64,000 bases of DNA from a virus: IMG/VR virus record IMGVR_UViG_3300036828_000667, positions 1 to 64,000 of that record; one strand, 5' to 3'. The notes below the pieces were generated by a model. It saw only the letters and a program-made list of their open reading frames with translations. It had not been told where the DNA came from and did not search any database. This document shows positions 61,649 to 64,000 of this stretch, one piece after another. How positions within the stretch are numbered: the first letter of the stretch is position 1; the number at the start of each line of letters is the position of its first letter. The position numbers were made by a program, and so were the translations under genes.

Positions 61649-62176
61649 ATGGCAAAACACAATGAAGAAAATGATCTATGGTTCCTTAGCAAAATCGCAG
61701 ATGGAACCATTTCTGTATCCGAAGACGGAGAGGTCTTCAACAACAAGACAGGTAGATATATAGGCGCTCAACAAGGAGCAGGTTACCTTAAGATTTCTAT
61801 GGCAAAGAGAGTTGATGGAAAACTTGTTATTGTCCATATGCAAATCCATAGGTTAGTATGGCTACATTTCAAAGGACCTATTCCTCAGGGACTAGAAGTC
61901 AATCACAAAGATTTAAACAAATCGAACCCACGATTGTCAAATCTAGATTTACAAACACCCAAAGGGAATGCTGAACATGCCACCTTAAATGGTGTTGACC
62001 GACGCTCAAAAACAGGAGGCCATAAAAACGCTAATGCCAAATTTACACGTGAACAAGTCGAGATGCTACGGAGACAATTCAAATCGAAAGAAACCACAGT
62101 TAAAGAAATAATGATAAACTATAGTGTTTCTAAGCCAGTTGTGTATTGGATGCTGGAAGGAAGGACCTATAAATAG
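61649..62176 (+). CDS. HNH endonuclease
   Basis: IHRLVW..F.GPIP..EVNHKD.NK.N..L.NL. Confidence 0.88.
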   Translation: MAKHNEENDLWFLSKIADGTISVSEDGEVFNNKTGRYIGAQQGAGYLKISMAKRVDGKLVIVHMQIHRLVWLHFKGPIPQGLEVNHKDLNKSNPRLSNLDLQTPKGNAEHATLNGVDRRSKTGGHKNANAKFTREQVEMLRRQFKSKETTVKEIMINYSVSKPVVYWMLEGRTYK

Positions 62177-62201
62177 CTACTAACCTGTAGGATTTATAAC
62201 A

Positions 62202-62531
62202 ATGGTAGAATTTGGAGCGTTCATTCGCAAAGAACGAGAGGCCAGAGATATTAGCTTACGAAAGATGGCCAAGAAGATTGGTGTAAGTGCAACCTATCTA
62301 TCACAAGTGGAACTTGATAGGTTCCCACCACCAACTGAGGATAGGGTAAAGGCTATTGCCAAGATCATTGACTGTAATCCTGACTACCTACTGGCCAAAG
62401 CTGGACGGATCTCGACCGACATTTCCGACATCATTAAACGTCGTCCGATCGAGCTTTCGATGCTTATTCGAGCCGCCAAGTACTTGAGTAACGATGACAT
62501 TGCCCAATTGATTAATGCGGCGTCAGCGTAG
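62202..62531 (+). CDS. XRE-family HTH regulator
   Basis: SLRKMAKKIGVSATYLSQVE. Confidence 0.88.
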   Translation: MVEFGAFIRKEREARDISLRKMAKKIGVSATYLSQVELDRFPPPTEDRVKAIAKIIDCNPDYLLAKAGRISTDISDIIKRRPIELSMLIRAAKYLSNDDIAQLINAASA

Positions 62532-62625
62532 GAGCCTCACTGGTAAGTCTTTTAGGCCTGGAGGCCCTACCACCTGGCCTGTCCATAATTCGCGTCAGTG
62601 GGCTTCCAACAAAGAGGAGAGGGTA

Positions 62626-62811
62626 ATGCGTTGCGATCGGTGTCAGGGAACAGGCTGGGATCGGGCAGGAGTACACCCTGTACTTGGGCCGCTCTTCGAT
62701 TGCAACCATCCGTGTACTGAATGCGGCGGGTCAGGCATCGCCCACTGTTGCGACGGCATCTGCGAACAGCCTTCAATTGACAAGTCTATAGATGACAAGC
62801 TAACATCTTGA
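62626..62811 (+). CDS. small DnaJ-like zinc-finger protein
   Basis: CDRCQGTG, CTECGGSG. Confidence 0.6.
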   Translation: MRCDRCQGTGWDRAGVHPVLGPLFDCNHPCTECGGSGIAHCCDGICEQPSIDKSIDDKLTS

Positions 62812-62812
62812 C

Positions 62813-62877
62813 GCCTACCGTACCACTCCGACGCCAACCACACCGAGCCGGTCCATACCTTTCCAAACCAAACCACA
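62813..62877 (+). ncRNA. pentamer element E16, 13 units
   Basis: TTGACA 62777 N18 TAACAT; ends CCAAA CCACA CTTTTTT. Confidence 0.85.
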
Positions 62878-62932
62878 CTTTTTTATTACTACTAGATATT
62901 CAGGAAAGGCGAACATGAGAGGTTAGGTTAAA

Positions 62933-63085
62933 CTAACTTCGTTCTTCCTTTAGCTCAGCTACAAACTTCTTAATCAGAGTTGTTAAGGTTGGAGTGTGCT
63001 TAGCTGGAAAGTTACCAGCAAGTACCTTGGCAATAGCATACCGAATTACCTTAAACTCTTCCTCAGTTAGCTCCAACGTTATCAC
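62933..63085 (-). CDS. 50-aa hypothetical protein (not in ORF track)
   Basis: GTG start after GAGG; MITLELTEEEFKVIRYAI... Confidence 0.5.
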   Translation of the reverse strand: MITLELTEEEFKVIRYAIAKVLAGNFPAKHTPTLTTLIKKFVAELKEERS

Positions 63086-63314
63086 TAGGCACCTCGCCTT
63101 TCTTTATCACGCTAACCTTACTATCATCGATCTTCAGAGTAAACCTCTTATTATCCACAACTTCTCGCCATCTATTTTCCTCAATATAAGCACAGGCTTT
63201 AAGGTAGTCCGTCAAACAAAAAACATGAGTATGTATCTGTGACCAACACGGATGCTCACGGCATAAGTGTTCAATCTTGGCGGCTAACTCCCTGAGTGGT
63301 GATTGCATACCCAA
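63063..63314 (-). CDS. hypothetical protein
   Basis: GGAGG RBS. Confidence 0.55.
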   Translation of the reverse strand: MGMQSPLRELAAKIEHLCREHPCWSQIHTHVFCLTDYLKACAYIEENRWREVVDNKRFTLKIDDSKVSVIKKGEVPSDNVGAN

Positions 63315-63410
63315 CCTCCCTTTTGTGTGACCATAAAGTTACACTTAAATTGAATCTGATTCTGGGAATTGACCTGCCAAGGCTGATAGGCGAAAACTCA
63401 TATTGCAAGG

Positions 63411-63514
63411 TCGAACCGCTGCCTTGCTTGCCAAACCGGGCCAAGCCGGCGCGGACCAAACCTCCGCACACCGCACAATGGGAGTAGTCAAATGGCTTGC
63501 AGACTACTCCCATT
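63411..63514 (+). ncRNA. pentamer element E17 (13 units) with 3' hairpin
   Basis: TTGACC 63369; GCACA CCGCA; stem 63477-63514. Confidence 0.88.
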
Positions 63515-63533
63515 AACACAGGAGTAAAACAAC

Positions 63534-64000
63534 ATGCTAATTTCAGTCACGATCTCCGGAATCCGACCTTTAATCCTCGACGCGTTTTCCGAGGAAGCGT
63601 TGCTTAAGGGGAAGGGAGGAAAGAGTACAGCCCAGCCCAAGGAACTGAGTCCCTTGGATCAAGCCAAGCGTAGGTTATACTATAATGGAGATGGTACCGA
63701 CGTTCCTATATTCCCAGCAGACAACCTACTCAGCTGTATCATCGCTGCCGGGCGGTTTATCAAGGTCGGGAAAAGGCAACTAACTACTCGCGACAGTACG
63801 ACAGTAACTTCATTCCTACAGATATCAGAACTATATCTTCCCATTAGGTCGATAGATGGATGGCGAGTCGACTCCAGGAGCATCGTCAACCCGTCTACAA
63901 AAGGTCGTCACATATGCTACCGTCCCATCTTTGACGACTGGGAGTTAGATTTCACGCTCGACATCGATACGAATGAAGCGAGCGACAGCTTGGTTAGACA
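63534..64000 (+). CDS. RAMP/Cas7-like protein, truncated by the window end (not in ORF track)
   Basis: AGGAG RBS; MLISVTISGIRPLIL..., PIFPADNLLSCI, D.R.IV...GRH..YRPIFDDWELDFTL.ID; no stop to 64000. Confidence 0.7.
   Translation, partial: MLISVTISGIRPLILDAFSEEALLKGKGGKSTAQPKELSPLDQAKRRLYYNGDGTDVPIFPADNLLSCIIAAGRFIKVGKRQLTTRDSTTVTSFLQISELYLPIRSIDGWRVDSRSIVNPSTKGRHICYRPIFDDWELDFTLDIDTNEASDSLVR

Noticed and set aside
16676-63475. Elements as simple microsatellites
   Set aside because: Units differ at three positions and decode to neighbouring genes, which slippage would not produce
16454-63519. ORF-track ORFs spanning pentamer elements (e.g. 16454-16771, 34268-34531, 39304-39720, 47078-47410, 47160-47426, 56495-56686, 62643-62876, 63271-63519)
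   Set aside because: Pro/Gly/Arg/Trp-biased translations of stop-poor repeats that overlap better genes or promoters
63411-63632. Protein-level (reverse-translation-like) origin of the guides
   Set aside because: E12 matches in antisense and E10 includes a stop codon; synonymous divergence between alleles is sufficient
1-64000. Classical CRISPR array or cas1/cas2
   Set aside because: No 25-45 bp direct repeats with unique spacers and no adaptation genes seen

Overview
Segment of a large tailed-phage genome; an alphaproteobacterial host is inferred from gene content only. 771-44223 is almost all minus strand and virion-related: T4 gp20-type portal, two giant Ser/Thr/Ile/Val-rich repeat proteins, two tandem paralogous tailspikes, a TPR-glycosyltransferase and a methyltransferase. 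From about 44600 it is mostly plus strand with small early-type genes. Nine free-standing HNH/GIY-YIG-type genes are present. Main result: 17 dispersed intergenic elements built of 5-nt units, (C/G)C-NNN. Nearly all have their own TTGAC-N16-18 promoter, a conserved 3' end (..CCGCA/CCACA) and a hairpin or T-run. Removing the constant dinucleotide from each unit leaves triplets that, in 11 of 17 cases, spell a codon-phased, mostly synonymously diverged copy of part of a neighbouring gene (e.g. EALLKGKGGKSTA 13/13 aa, KMKFATQVGT 10/10 aa). The third base of each triplet falls on the wobble position, including in the one clear antisense case. A RAMP/Cas7-like ORF missed by the ORF track starts at 63534, directly behind one element. 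Together these suggest an RNA-guided system with punctuated guides aimed at homologous alleles of related phages; that function is inference. Two other structured ncRNA candidates were found. All decoding and family calls were made by eye, without database searches.
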